A stretch of 64,000 nucleotides of DNA from Gemmatimonadaceae bacterium (GCA_051859245.1 JBHYGA010000001.1:480001-544000); one strand, 5' to 3'; numbered from the stretch's first letter, positions 40,117 to 49,573 are shown. Numbers and translations: made by a program. The notes: a model not told the origin generated them from the letters alone.

Positions 40117-43100
40117 ATGCCAGCAAAGGGTGGAGCATCCGGGAAGTTTGGCGACCAGTACGAAGCGCTCTGGACAGTCGACGCATTGCTACGGGTCGTT
40201 GATGGCCAAGCAGATTCCGTCACGTATGAATCCCTCGACCCTGCGTTGTCCCGTGGTGTTGAGTTCAATCTACGGTCGTCAGCAGGGTACCTGGAGTTCT
40301 GGTCGATCAAGCGACAGACGGCCACGGCGGCCGGGTGGACTCTTGCAACGCTAGTGAAGCCGGACAATGCCGGTAGATCAATCCTTGGCGACCTTATTGC
40401 CCACGTAGAACGTAACGTCAGCAATATCGCCGTTTTTGCATCCACACTTGGAGCGGCAAAGCTTGAAGAACTTCGTTCCGCTTCAGCAACAGCTGATACC
40501 TTCAATGCACGCCTCGATCAATCCAAGGAACTCACCGCCGACTACAAAAGGTACCTCCTACCCCTCTTCGGTGGTGATCAAGAGCGTGCTCGCCAGTTCC
40601 TGACACGGGTCCAAATCCGAACATCGGATGAGACATCGCTCCGGACTAATATTGAATCGGCGATCTCTCGACTGTTCTATCGAGAGACGGGTGAAGCAAT
40701 CAATGCGTCCGGGATCCGCCGATTTCTGGCCGAATACCTGCTCAATCACATCCACGAGCAGATCGATCGGAGCATGCTATTTGACCACATCGCGGCGAAC
40801 GGCATCCGCCGAATGGATTGGAAGGTCGAGAAGACGATCCGCGAGAAAGTTTCGGCGCTCTGCGATGAGTATACCCAACCGCTACGTGAGCAGTTGATTC
40901 GCGGTGTGCTTCAGACATTGCCGGGGGCAGACAAGTTGCTCGGCCCTGACGGACTGCCGATTGCCCGACGGACGCTTCTTGCGGGTGGTGCTGGGGGAGG
41001 CAAGAGCACTGAACTTGCGCACATTGTGGAACGACTTCGCAAGGCGGAAATACCCACGCTTCCTATACGGCTGGACGTTGTCCCAGAGAGCATTCTCACG
41101 CCGACGAGATTGGGGAGCGATGTGCTGTCCCTTCACACATCCCCAGTGGCCTTACTTGCGGGTATCGCCGAAGGCGGGAACTGTGTTCTGGTCATCGATC
41201 AGCTCGACGCTGTAAGCCTTGCCTCTGGTCGCCGCACCGAGGTCTGGACGCTGTTCGAGCGGCTATTGGCCGAGGCGGACGGCTATCCGAACCTTAGGAT
41301 CGTAGTCGCCTGTCGAGCTTTCGACCTGGAGCACGATCATCGAATGCGGTCGCTGAAGGCAAAGTCGTCCGTATTCGAGGTCGTCGAGATCGGCTCATTC
41401 GACTCGAAAACGGTGAACGCCATTCTAGGGGATCGGAAGGTACATCCCAAGCTGAAGCCTCTACTAGTTGTTCCTCTCCATCTCGCCATGTTCCAATCGT
41501 TGGCGACAGGCGAGAGCGAACGCATCGAAACCCGTGATGAACTGTTTGCGGCCTTTTGGACCGACAAGCAGCGGAAGACGTCACATCGCCTTGGGAGAGA
41601 TTGCAACTTCGCCGGTGTGATCGATTGGCTGGCTACTTGGCTGAGTGATCATCAAGAGTTGTCGGCGCCTGCCAGCATGCTCCCGGACGAGAGGCGTGTG
41701 GATGCCGACGCCCTGACGTCAGAGCACGTGTTGGTGCTCGCGGACGGTCGATACCGATTCTTCCACGAGACGTTCTTCGACTATGCCTTCGCTCGCCGCT
41801 TCGTCCAGCGAGGCGAAACATTGATGGATCTGGTGCTACACGGAGAACAGCATCTGTTTCGTCGAGCACAGGTACGACAGATTCTCACGTTTCTGCGCGC
41901 GAATGATCGGGCGCGATACCTCGAAGAATTGCAGTCCATCCTCAGCGAGGATCGCGTCCGCTTTCACATAAAGCGAGTGTTGTTTCAATTCCTTTCAGCG
42001 CTCTCTGATCCGACGCACCCGGAGTGGGCCGTGCTGCACGAGCTTTCGTCTGTACAGCCGGATTTACTTGGCCAAGTAAATGGAGTTGTATCGAATCACG
42101 CCGGCTGGTTCGATGTGATGCGTGCGGACGGATTTTTCGACGCGGCGCTGTCGAGCAGGGAGGCGAAGCAAGAGGAACGCGCTATATGGCTCTGTGGAAT
42201 GCCAAGGGTAATGGAGCAGTGTTCCGCGCAAGTTGCCGGGCTATTGGTGAAGTACCGGCGCGATGATGAAGCGTGGCGAAAGTATCACCGACATATCTGT
42301 CGGACTGGAAATACATTCCACAGCCGCGAGATGTTCGACCTATTCCTCTACCTGATTCGGGATGGGACGCTTGATGGAGCACGGCCCGGTTTCGCAGTTA
42401 ATGACAACTGGTGGAGTATGCTTTACTCGGTAGCGGACAAGGCCCCTGCATTGGCTAGTGAGGCAATTGCGGCCTGGTTTGACCGAAAGCTAGAAATCTG
42501 GCGTGCGGAAACCTCGGAAAGAAACGCGCTCACGAATGGTGGAGACGACGCAGACGTAGGGGACGAAAACGCCCCTGTCACCGATGCTGTTGAGTCGTCG
42601 GCGCAGAACTTGCGACGACACGTTGAAGACGACGGAAATGACTGGGGCGTTATCCAAAAGGCCGCAGAAGCGTCGTTGGAATTCGCGCAGCATCTGTTAC
42701 CCCGAATCGCAGACGTCGCCGCTGAGCAAGCGAAGCCCTCCGGTGATGATTTGGCAATTGACCCGCTGTGGTCGTTTAGGATGTTCGGAGATAGCGGGCA
42801 TGGAGCGTCCGACTTAGTCCTCAGCAACGTCGCGCAAGCACTTGAGAGGCTCGCGCAGAAGTGCCCTGAAGAGCTGGACAAGATTCTCGCGCCATACACT
42901 GAACGCCCGCACGACGCCATTGCCTATCTTGTGCTCCGCTCATGGACAGCTGCTCCAACCACCTACGCAGAACGTTGTGCTCAATATCTGAGCGAAGACG
43001 CGCGGCGACTGAAGATCGGATACGCGTCGTGGGGCGGAGGTGCTGGGGCCGGAATGGCATCCGGATACCGATCGATTGAGGCAATACGCGCATCGTCGCC

Positions 43101-44769
43101 ACACTGCGCACCCGAGACGTTCGCCGCTCTGGAAACAGCAATCGTCAATCTAGCGGACAACTGGGAGACCAAGCATCCGAAGACGCGAGGATTGCGGCAA
43201 TTGCAGCTCCTCTCCGCCATGGATATGAGTCGGCTTGGAACTGCCGGTAGATCGAAGCTGGCTGAACTCAAGGCGAAATTCCCTGAAGTCACGCACGAGC
43301 CTCCCAAAGCGATGGAGGTCGTTTGGGTCGGATCACCGATCCCCGACGACGCTCAGGCGAAAATGACCGATGATCAATGGCTCTCGGCTCTGGCGAAGTA
43401 CGCTGGTGTTGAGCGCCGGCACGATAGAGACTTCGGAGCATCGGGTGGTGAATACCAACTCGCGCAATCGCTCGAAGCCAGAACAAAGGCTAATCCCAGT
43501 CGGTTTGCCGCGCTCAGCTCCAGAATGCCGACGACGTTTCCGTCTTCGTACTTCAACGCGGTACTCCGTGGCGTTGCCGGCTCATCGTCACTAGACGGTC
43601 CGGCCGCGCCTCCCGTGTCCGTGCCTGATGTAGTCGCACTAGTCGAGCAAGTTCACGCGCTGCCAGAACGTACTTGCGGACGATCGATCGCGCACCTTCT
43701 CGAAGGCTGGAGCAAGGTCGAGTGGCCGCCTTCGATCATTGAGGCGATTGCCTGGTATGCTATGGAGGATCCTGATCCCACGGAAGAAGTCTGGCGAACG
43801 CGTTCAGCCAGTGGCCAGTTCTACTACGGCGGCAAACCCGACTCGGCAGGGTTGAATTCGACCCGCGGAGCGGCCGCCAACGCAATTGCACGGTTGCTTC
43901 TCGAGAAGCGCGAACCGGGTGACGTGCTCAGAAAGGCAGTTGAACATCTCGCCCATGACACGTCGATCGCGGTGCGGTCTCAGGCGGTTTACCCCCTGCT
44001 TGCGTTGCTCGATACACATGCCGACCATGCCATCAGGTGGTTCGTTGAATGTGTCAGCCTTGACCCGATTCTGCTCAAGGCGCACTTCGTTGAGCAATTC
44101 CTTTATCATGCGGCGTTTCGTGACTATGCTGCCATTCGACCTGTACTCGAACGAATGACCGCAAGTGACGATGAGGAAGTAGTTGAGGCTGCCGCTCGAT
44201 TGTGCTGTGTGCTCGCATTTGGCTTTGAACCAGCCGACAAAGACGCCAAGAAGATTCGCGAGGGAGGTCCAGCAATGCGCAAGAGCGCTGCCAACGTCTA
44301 CGCTACCAACGTCGCGAACGAAGAAGTCGGGGCGAGTTCACGCGAACTGCTGCTGCCTTTTTTCTCAGACACTGAAGATGCGGTGAGGACACAAGCGGCA
44401 AGTGCATTCCACGAACTTGAAAAGCTTGATGCCGCCGAGCAGGCCAAGTTGCTCGGAGCATTCTTGGATGGCAAACCTACAGCCGAAGCGTTGGAACGCG
44501 TCATCCGCGCGATCGAAGACTCGCCGGTTCAATTGCCCGACCTCGTCATCCGCGTGGTCGAAGAGGGTATTGCGGCATTCAAGGCAGATGCGGGCGACAT
44601 ATCCAAAGCGGGAGCCATGGTCGCTGGCGACCTTTCGAAAATTGTCATTAGACTGTACTCGCAGTCGGATGGTGAGCAGATCAAGAAGCGGGCTCTTGAC
44701 GCGATTGATGACATGGAGCGGGCCGGATTCTTCGGATTGGCGGACGAATTAGGGAAGCTCGAACGCTGA
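40117..44769 (+). CDS. Nuclease-STAND NTPase, Avs/AVAST-like anti-phage protein
   Basis: N-terminal GDQYE..GVEF..SIKR (Cap4/PD-(D/E)xK-like); Walker A GGAGGGKST; Walker B VLVIDQLD; VACR; FFHETFFDY winged helix; long helical-repeat C-terminus. Confidence 0.82.
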   Translation: MPAKGGASGKFGDQYEALWTVDALLRVVDGQADSVTYESLDPALSRGVEFNLRSSAGYLEFWSIKRQTATAAGWTLATLVKPDNAGRSILGDLIAHVERNVSNIAVFASTLGAAKLEELRSASATADTFNARLDQSKELTADYKRYLLPLFGGDQERARQFLTRVQIRTSDETSLRTNIESAISRLFYRETGEAINASGIRRFLAEYLLNHIHEQIDRSMLFDHIAANGIRRMDWKVEKTIREKVSALCDEYTQPLREQLIRGVLQTLPGADKLLGPDGLPIARRTLLAGGAGGGKSTELAHIVERLRKAEIPTLPIRLDVVPESILTPTRLGSDVLSLHTSPVALLAGIAEGGNCVLVIDQLDAVSLASGRRTEVWTLFERLLAEADGYPNLRIVVACRAFDLEHDHRMRSLKAKSSVFEVVEIGSFDSKTVNAILGDRKVHPKLKPLLVVPLHLAMFQSLATGESERIETRDELFAAFWTDKQRKTSHRLGRDCNFAGVIDWLATWLSDHQELSAPASMLPDERRVDADALTSEHVLVLADGRYRFFHETFFDYAFARRFVQRGETLMDLVLHGEQHLFRRAQVRQILTFLRANDRARYLEELQSILSEDRVRFHIKRVLFQFLSALSDPTHPEWAVLHELSSVQPDLLGQVNGVVSNHAGWFDVMRADGFFDAALSSREAKQEERAIWLCGMPRVMEQCSAQVAGLLVKYRRDDEAWRKYHRHICRTGNTFHSREMFDLFLYLIRDGTLDGARPGFAVNDNWWSMLYSVADKAPALASEAIAAWFDRKLEIWRAETSERNALTNGGDDADVGDENAPVTDAVESSAQNLRRHVEDDGNDWGVIQKAAEASLEFAQHLLPRIADVAAEQAKPSGDDLAIDPLWSFRMFGDSGHGASDLVLSNVAQALERLAQKCPEELDKILAPYTERPHDAIAYLVLRSWTAAPTTYAERCAQYLSEDARRLKIGYASWGGGAGAGMASGYRSIEAIRASSPHCAPETFAALETAIVNLADNWETKHPKTRGLRQLQLLSAMDMSRLGTAGRSKLAELKAKFPEVTHEPPKAMEVVWVGSPIPDDAQAKMTDDQWLSALAKYAGVERRHDRDFGASGGEYQLAQSLEARTKANPSRFAALSSRMPTTFPSSYFNAVLRGVAGSSSLDGPAAPPVSVPDVVALVEQVHALPERTCGRSIAHLLEGWSKVEWPPSIIEAIAWYAMEDPDPTEEVWRTRSASGQFYYGGKPDSAGLNSTRGAAANAIARLLLEKREPGDVLRKAVEHLAHDTSIAVRSQAVYPLLALLDTHADHAIRWFVECVSLDPILLKAHFVEQFLYHAAFRDYAAIRPVLERMTASDDEEVVEAAARLCCVLAFGFEPADKDAKKIREGGPAMRKSAANVYATNVANEEVGASSRELLLPFFSDTEDAVRTQAASAFHELEKLDAAEQAKLLGAFLDGKPTAEALERVIRAIEDSPVQLPDLVIRVVEEGIAAFKADAGDISKAGAMVAGDLSKIVIRLYSQSDGEQIKKRALDAIDDMERAGFFGLADELGKLER

Positions 44770-44778
44770 ATATCGGAA

Positions 44779-45110
44779 TCAGGCAAGGTCGACTTGCTCC
44801 ATCGCACAGTTGAGCAATTTTTCGGGGTTGATGTCGAGCACGCACTGCACGCCGTTGATGAACAGAATGACGTCGTAGGGTGTGATCCAAATGGTCGGCG
44901 TTGATGCGCACTTGGAGGACGACCTCGTAAGGTGTTCTTGCACCAGTCCTTGATGATCACCAGCGTGAAGTTCAGCGGCGTGTCGTCGTCGCGGGTGAAG
45001 CTGTTGGTTGTGCAGCGGGTCTGGCTGGACGTTGTAGACGTCGGGGGTGGTAGTCTCGTCCAGCAGGCGGACGAACCCGTGTAGTAGCATCAGCGAACGG
45101 TGAGCTGCGC
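44779..45110 (-). pseudogene. hsdR: Type I restriction endonuclease subunit R N-terminal relic
   Basis: FVRLLDE..TPDV, TRDDDTPLNFTLVIIKDWCKNT, RINAD and YDVILFINGV spread over several frames. Confidence 0.7.
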
Positions 45111-45177
45111 TGAGTTTCTCCCATCAGTGGGAATGCTTCGGATTGAACTTCGAAGGCCGTCTAGGTCTTTGGGGTTT

Positions 45178-45268
45178 GCCTTACGCTAGCGTTGTCCTGT
45201 GGCGGCCGAGCGCAGCGAGGAATAGCCACCCCTTTGTGGCGGCCGTCAGGACAAACGCGAGGTTAGGC
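45178..45268 (-). other. Integron attC site (91 bp) with mutated R' (GTAAGGC)
   Basis: R'' GCCTAAC contains the stop of 45263-46177; TTGTCCTG/CAGGACAA arms. Confidence 0.85.
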
Positions 45269-46177
45269 CGGAGCGCCGAAGCCTGTTGGCAGGACGGTCG
45301 CGCGAATACGTCTGTCGAGCGCCTCAACGAGATCCTCCGGCGCCTTCCACAGGATGTGACTGTACTGCCTCGTGTCAAAGTGGGCGTCCTTGATAGCGTC
45401 CTCACGGCAGGTCCAAATCACCGGAATCCCGTGCCCCTGGGCGAGACCGGCTTCGAAGTAGACTCCGCCTCGATGACCCGTGAAATCCGCGACCAGCAGT
45501 CCGCTTCGCTTGACTTCGGCGACGATCTCGTCATCAATCTTGTTGTTGTGTTCCTTGCGGTCGATGCGGAGCGCGGAGAAGTACTTCGAGCGCTCGATAC
45601 CGGGCTTGAATCCGTGAGTCCACGCGTCATCGAGCGAAGAATCGAACCACATCGCGACGAACGCCTGCCGACTGTCACGGTTCACAGCTCGAAGTGCTTC
45701 AATGCGCTGCCAGCCGGCGGCAGTGATTCGCTTCGTCGTCTGGTCGAAGAAGCCCATCTCCGCAGCCATGAACACCAAGTCGCCATACTGCGACTCGTCA
45801 CGAACCGGTACGCGGACATAGTCGTATTCCGGCTGCAGATTGATTTGCTCGCTGTATCGACGTGCCTTGGTGGCAAGATGGAGCAGAATTAGATCGACAC
45901 CAGAAGCCAACGTGCTGGTAGATGGCGCTGTGGCCGCAAGCTGCGGAGTGTTCTCGACGGTCACGAACAGATGCTCACGTCGATCTGTGGCAGCGCGGAT
46001 CGCGAATGCAAGGCGAAAGCGATCTCGTCCGAGTATGCGTTCGATTGTGGATCCAGTTGCTAGACGATCAATGGAATAGCTTCCGCATCGAGGGCATGAG
46101 AGCGTGACGGCATCGCGTTCCGGGAACCGCACCTTTTCGGTCTGAGCACCGTCACGACCACAAATCGAGCATTGCAT
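45263..46177 (-). CDS. Cassette protein: Zn-ribbon + nucleoside 2-deoxyribosyltransferase/TIR-like domain
   Basis: CSIC..CPRC; AFVAMWF, RID..HNNKIDDEI, VADFT..GVYFEAGLA, HFDTRQY. Confidence 0.8.
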   Translation of the reverse strand: MQCSICGRDGAQTEKVRFPERDAVTLSCPRCGSYSIDRLATGSTIERILGRDRFRLAFAIRAATDRREHLFVTVENTPQLAATAPSTSTLASGVDLILLHLATKARRYSEQINLQPEYDYVRVPVRDESQYGDLVFMAAEMGFFDQTTKRITAAGWQRIEALRAVNRDSRQAFVAMWFDSSLDDAWTHGFKPGIERSKYFSALRIDRKEHNNKIDDEIVAEVKRSGLLVADFTGHRGGVYFEAGLAQGHGIPVIWTCREDAIKDAHFDTRQYSHILWKAPEDLVEALDRRIRATVLPTGFGAPA

Positions 46178-46216
46178 GCGGAAAGTGCCCTCGAACAGGC
46201 AGGTGCTTGGTTGCTT

Positions 46217-46245
46217 GCCTAACGCGTATTGGACTGCAGGCGATC
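46217..46245 (-). other. attC right arm / cassette 5' boundary
   Basis: Minus strand GATCGCCTGCAGTCCAATACGC-GTTAGGC; complementary to R'' at 45262-45268. Confidence 0.65.
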
Positions 46246-46445
46246 ATTGCACAGTGAGATTTATGTCGCGGGTCAGCGCAGCATAATCGGCGGCGACAGT
46301 GAAGCCGTTGAACAGCTTAAACACATTCGCTCCAATAGTTTATTTGGTCAAGAGTACGCCGTGTGCGAAGCGGTTATGCTGCAGATATCGCAGCCTAACG
46401 CGAGCCTCCGCCGAGCTGCGACCAAACGAACTCTGTCATGATCCG

Positions 46446-46760
46446 CTATGTCGGATCCATGTCGAGCGGGCTACGGACGCCAGGGCCACCGCGATTGAGG
46501 ACGTGCGTAAAGATCATCGTGGTCGACAAGTAGCGATGGCCGAGCAACTCTTGCACGGTGCGAATGTCATAACCGGCCTCAAGCAAGTGCGTCGCGAACG
46601 AGTGACGGAAAGTATGGCAACCCACACGCTGGTCTAGGCCGATACGTCGTCCTGCTTCACACACCGCACGCTGAAGCACGCTGGGGTGGATGTGATGCGT
46701 CAATCGTACCCGGTAGTCAGGTGATTCGAACTCGCGACTCGCAGGGAACAGCAAATTGTC
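46446..46760 (-). pseudogene. intI: Integron integrase C-terminal fragment, catalytic Tyr->Phe
   Basis: [12 protein letters not shown] (IntI-specific region), [45 protein letters not shown]. Confidence 0.9.
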
Positions 46761-46776
46761 CACGCTGATACGCCGT

Positions 46777-47067
46777 CTACTCACGAACAACGGGCATCAG
46801 ATGCATCTCCACTCCCAGCGCGCGAAGAAGCTTTAGCACCGTGTCATATCTTGGTTTGGCTCCAGGAGCCAACGCCTTGTAGAGGCTCTCTCGGCCGAGT
46901 CCCGTATCCTTGGCCACCTGCGCCATGCCACGAGCCTTCGCTACATCGGCAATCGCCTGCAAAAAGAGTTCCGGATGCTCGCTCGCAAGTGCGACGTTGA
47001 GATATTCGGCGATGACTTCTTCGCTATCGAGATAGTCAGCGGCATCGAATGCAACAGGCTTTTTCAC
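46777..47067 (-). CDS. Addiction-module antidote (HigA-like HTH antitoxin)
   Basis: [33 protein letters not shown] start overlaps the toxin stop. Confidence 0.9.
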   Translation of the reverse strand: MKKPVAFDAADYLDSEEVIAEYLNVALASEHPELFLQAIADVAKARGMAQVAKDTGLGRESLYKALAPGAKPRYDTVLKLLRALGVEMHLMPVVRE

Positions 47068-47369
47068 AGGTCTTTCTCCAAGCGGGTGCGCAAGGCTTTC
47101 GCTTTGCCGATGTCTCGGCGCTGTGTCGATTTGTCGCCGCCACACAGCAGCCAATGGGTGTCGGTTCCGTGGCGCCAGTAATACACGCGATAGCCCGGCC
47201 CCACGTGAATACGGAGTTCAAAGACGCCGTCACCTACTGCCGTACTGTCAGCAAAGTGCCCCAGTTCCGCGGCGCGGATTCGAGCAAGAATGCGCGCTTT
47301 CCCAATTGGGTCTTTGAGTGCCTTTAGCCACTCGTCGAACTCGGGAGTGCGGAAGAAACCGGATGTCAT
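47064..47369 (-). CDS. Addiction-module killer (RelE/HigB-like toxin)
   Basis: FDEWL..GDGVFELRIHVGPGYRVY..LLCGGDKSTQRRDI. Confidence 0.9.
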   Translation of the reverse strand: MTSGFFRTPEFDEWLKALKDPIGKARILARIRAAELGHFADSTAVGDGVFELRIHVGPGYRVYYWRHGTDTHWLLCGGDKSTQRRDIGKAKALRTRLEKDL

Positions 47370-47375
47370 TTTGAA

Positions 47376-47393
47376 TGTATCCATTCGGATACA
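47376..47393. promoter_or_regulatory. TA operator palindrome
   Basis: TGTATCC-attc-GGATACA immediately upstream of the toxin ATG. Confidence 0.65.
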
Positions 47394-47535
47394 GCTCGTC
47401 AAGCGCGGAAAACGCGTCTGCAAGCTGGCGTGAACTGCGTGGCTCGACACCCGTGCGTCTGCACGCTACTGGCGCCGCTACTAACCAGAGTACGCACCGG
47501 GCGAAACGCACGCGTCATCACAACACCGCCGCTCG

Positions 47536-48330
47536 CATCAATCAAACCACCCATGCACAAACCACCGTCCCATTTCCTGATACAACAACAAATCTCCCTC
47601 GCCATCGGCCACACACCGCCAGTAATCGCGCGCGAACGCATCCGCACGCCACCAGTCGCCGGTGAGTCGCTCGGGACCACTCGCGTGTGACACCACCACG
47701 CGGCGCTGCTGCCACGCCACCGCACTCGGCGCACCATGCACGCCACATTCCACCGTGACGGGATCCGGCGTCTCCAGTAAACGCAACGCGGCGTGATCGA
47801 GTGGCGACGCTGCACGCGGTGTTTCATCATCACGCGATGTCACATCAGCGCGCGCACGAACATCACGCGCTGTCGCACCACCCGACGTCACATCCTCACG
47901 CGTCGCACGCTCCGCTAACGTCCACGCATCCGCACGCACCCACACACCGGCGCGATCATACCGATGTGCATCTTGGCTTTCCGGATGCACCACCACATCA
48001 CCGCGTCCGTCCGGATCAAGCGCCGCCGCCAATCGCGCAATCGCCGCTTCAACACTCGCCGCGGCATCACGCCACGACGGTTCAAGCAAATCCCCTTGAT
48101 CTGCAGCAAGTGGTGCAGTGGCGGGAATGTGCACGGTCACACCAGTCACAGCCGCCGACCGTATCCATCGCTCAAGCAACGAGCGACACTGTTCAACAAG
48201 AGGTTCAACACGCGCAAGCGGACGAGCAGGACGCACTTCGCGCGTAATGCTGCGCGTCGCACGATCCCATCCGTCGAGACGCTGCGCATCGACGCCCACA
48301 ATCGCTTCGAGATGCGCGTCGCTACTCTGA
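47536..48330 (-). repeat. Duplicated 3' half of imuB (copy 1, lacks 5' end; 48-bp in-frame insertion)
   Basis: Near-identical to 51240-51986; differences mostly synonymous. Confidence 0.92.
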
Positions 48331-48470
48331 GTCTCGCTTGTACACCTTGCCTACGCCTTCGCAAAGATGTTTCGCAATCTGAAATCCGCGTTAGTTGCGC
48401 ACGCGGGAAATCGCGTATGTCCCGTTATCAATGATTCTCGCAAGGCGAGCTCGGCCGTATAAATGAAGAC

Positions 48471-48500
48471 TTGACAAAATGGAAGGGGGGGGGGCATCGT
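48471..48500 (+). promoter_or_regulatory. Promoter with G10 tract in the spacer
   Basis: Perfect TTGACA (48471-48476), G10 (48485-48494), weak -10 CATCGT at 18-bp spacing. Confidence 0.5.
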
Positions 48501-48539
48501 AGCACCAGATCAGTTTGTCGCGCTTGACTCTCTTCGGGG

Positions 48540-49223
48540 GTGCTTACTATGCGTGCAGGCTCACTTGATCGGTTTGCTACTTGGGCAGTGATAGTAGCGG
48601 CGATCAGCGTTGCAGCGAGTTCGCTGCTGAGGGCGGTTGAGCGTGTCCCCGTAGACTCCGTAACGGATGACGCGCCCCAAACCCGGTTCGTCGATGATTG
48701 GAAGCTCTTGGTCGCCGACGGAATTTCTTCAGGCGATGCGAATGCCGACGTGACGCTTATCGAGTTCGCGGATTTTGAGTGCTCGTACTGTGCACGCGCG
48801 CACTTGGGGCTGCGCGAACAACTCGCTCAGCGCGGCTCGACAGTGCGACAGGTCTTTATGCATTTCCCGCTTAGGTCTCACCGCTTCTCTCTGCCATCTG
48901 CTCACGCCGCTGAATGCGCCAATGTGCAGGGCAGGTTTGGTGAGATGAAACACGCACTGTTCTCACGGCAAGATTCCCTCGGGCTCAAGTCCTTGCGAAG
49001 CTACGCCGAAGATGCAGGTGTAGCCAACTTGGATGCGTTCGATGAGTGCCTCAAGGGAAGCCCGAACGATTTTCCACGTATCGCAGCGGGTCTAGCCGCC
49101 GCCGAACGACTGCGACTTCAAGTAACGCCCACCTTCATCGTGAATGGGTGGCAGCACATAGGCCTTTCCGCCGATTCACTGGTTGCGCTCATCGATGCGG
49201 AGCTTCTCAGCCAGGGGCGTTGA
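48540..49223 (+). CDS. DsbA-family thioredoxin-fold protein
   Basis: EFADFECSYC (CxxC), HFPL..H, TPTFIVNG; N-terminal anchor. Confidence 0.88.
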   Translation: MLTMRAGSLDRFATWAVIVAAISVAASSLLRAVERVPVDSVTDDAPQTRFVDDWKLLVADGISSGDANADVTLIEFADFECSYCARAHLGLREQLAQRGSTVRQVFMHFPLRSHRFSLPSAHAAECANVQGRFGEMKHALFSRQDSLGLKSLRSYAEDAGVANLDAFDECLKGSPNDFPRIAAGLAAAERLRLQVTPTFIVNGWQHIGLSADSLVALIDAELLSQGR

Positions 49224-49284
49224 AAGCAGTAACGTTATGGTGTTGTGTTGCGGTTCGTTTTCATCTTTCAATCGGAGCCGGACG

Positions 49285-49560
49285 ATGTCGCGATCACTGT
49301 TGGCGAAGACTGCGTTTCTTGTTGCTCTTGCAACCGTCGAATTTGGCATCGCCCCCAAGTCAGCCGGTGCGACAGAGAGCTCTAAAGCAAGTTCCTGTTC
49401 GTTTTGCTGGCCGTTTGGTTGCCCATCGAACATGGTGTGGACGGATCTGTGCCACCATTTTTGTGGAAATCACACCTTGTTAGGATGGTGTGAGGAGATG
49501 ACTGACCAGTGCGGTATTTTTATGGATGGCAATGTCACGTGCGCTGGCAACATTACGTGA
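49285..49560 (+). CDS. Secreted cysteine-rich peptide (8 Cys)
   Basis: GGAG RBS; signal peptide ending AGA; core C-x2-C-x4-C-x9-C-x3-C-x8-C-x6-C-x9-C. Confidence 0.7.
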   Translation: MSRSLLAKTAFLVALATVEFGIAPKSAGATESSKASSCSFCWPFGCPSNMVWTDLCHHFCGNHTLLGWCEEMTDQCGIFMDGNVTCAGNIT

Positions 49561-49573
49561 GGGGGACCGCGAT

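Noticed and set aside
38152..45268. attC repeats as a CRISPR array
   Set aside because: Repeats are ~95 bp, mutually divergent and separated by whole genes; no cas genes.
45143..45892. 249-aa plus-strand ORF
   Set aside because: Antisense shadow of the NDT-like cassette gene and crosses an attC; no motifs.
46279..46382. GCAGCATAA...TTATGCTGC as an additional attC
   Set aside because: R' would be ATTATGC and the interior does not pair.
45263..46445. Retron (NDT effector with upstream structured DNA)
   Set aside because: No reverse transcriptase and no msr-msd a1/a2 architecture recognised.
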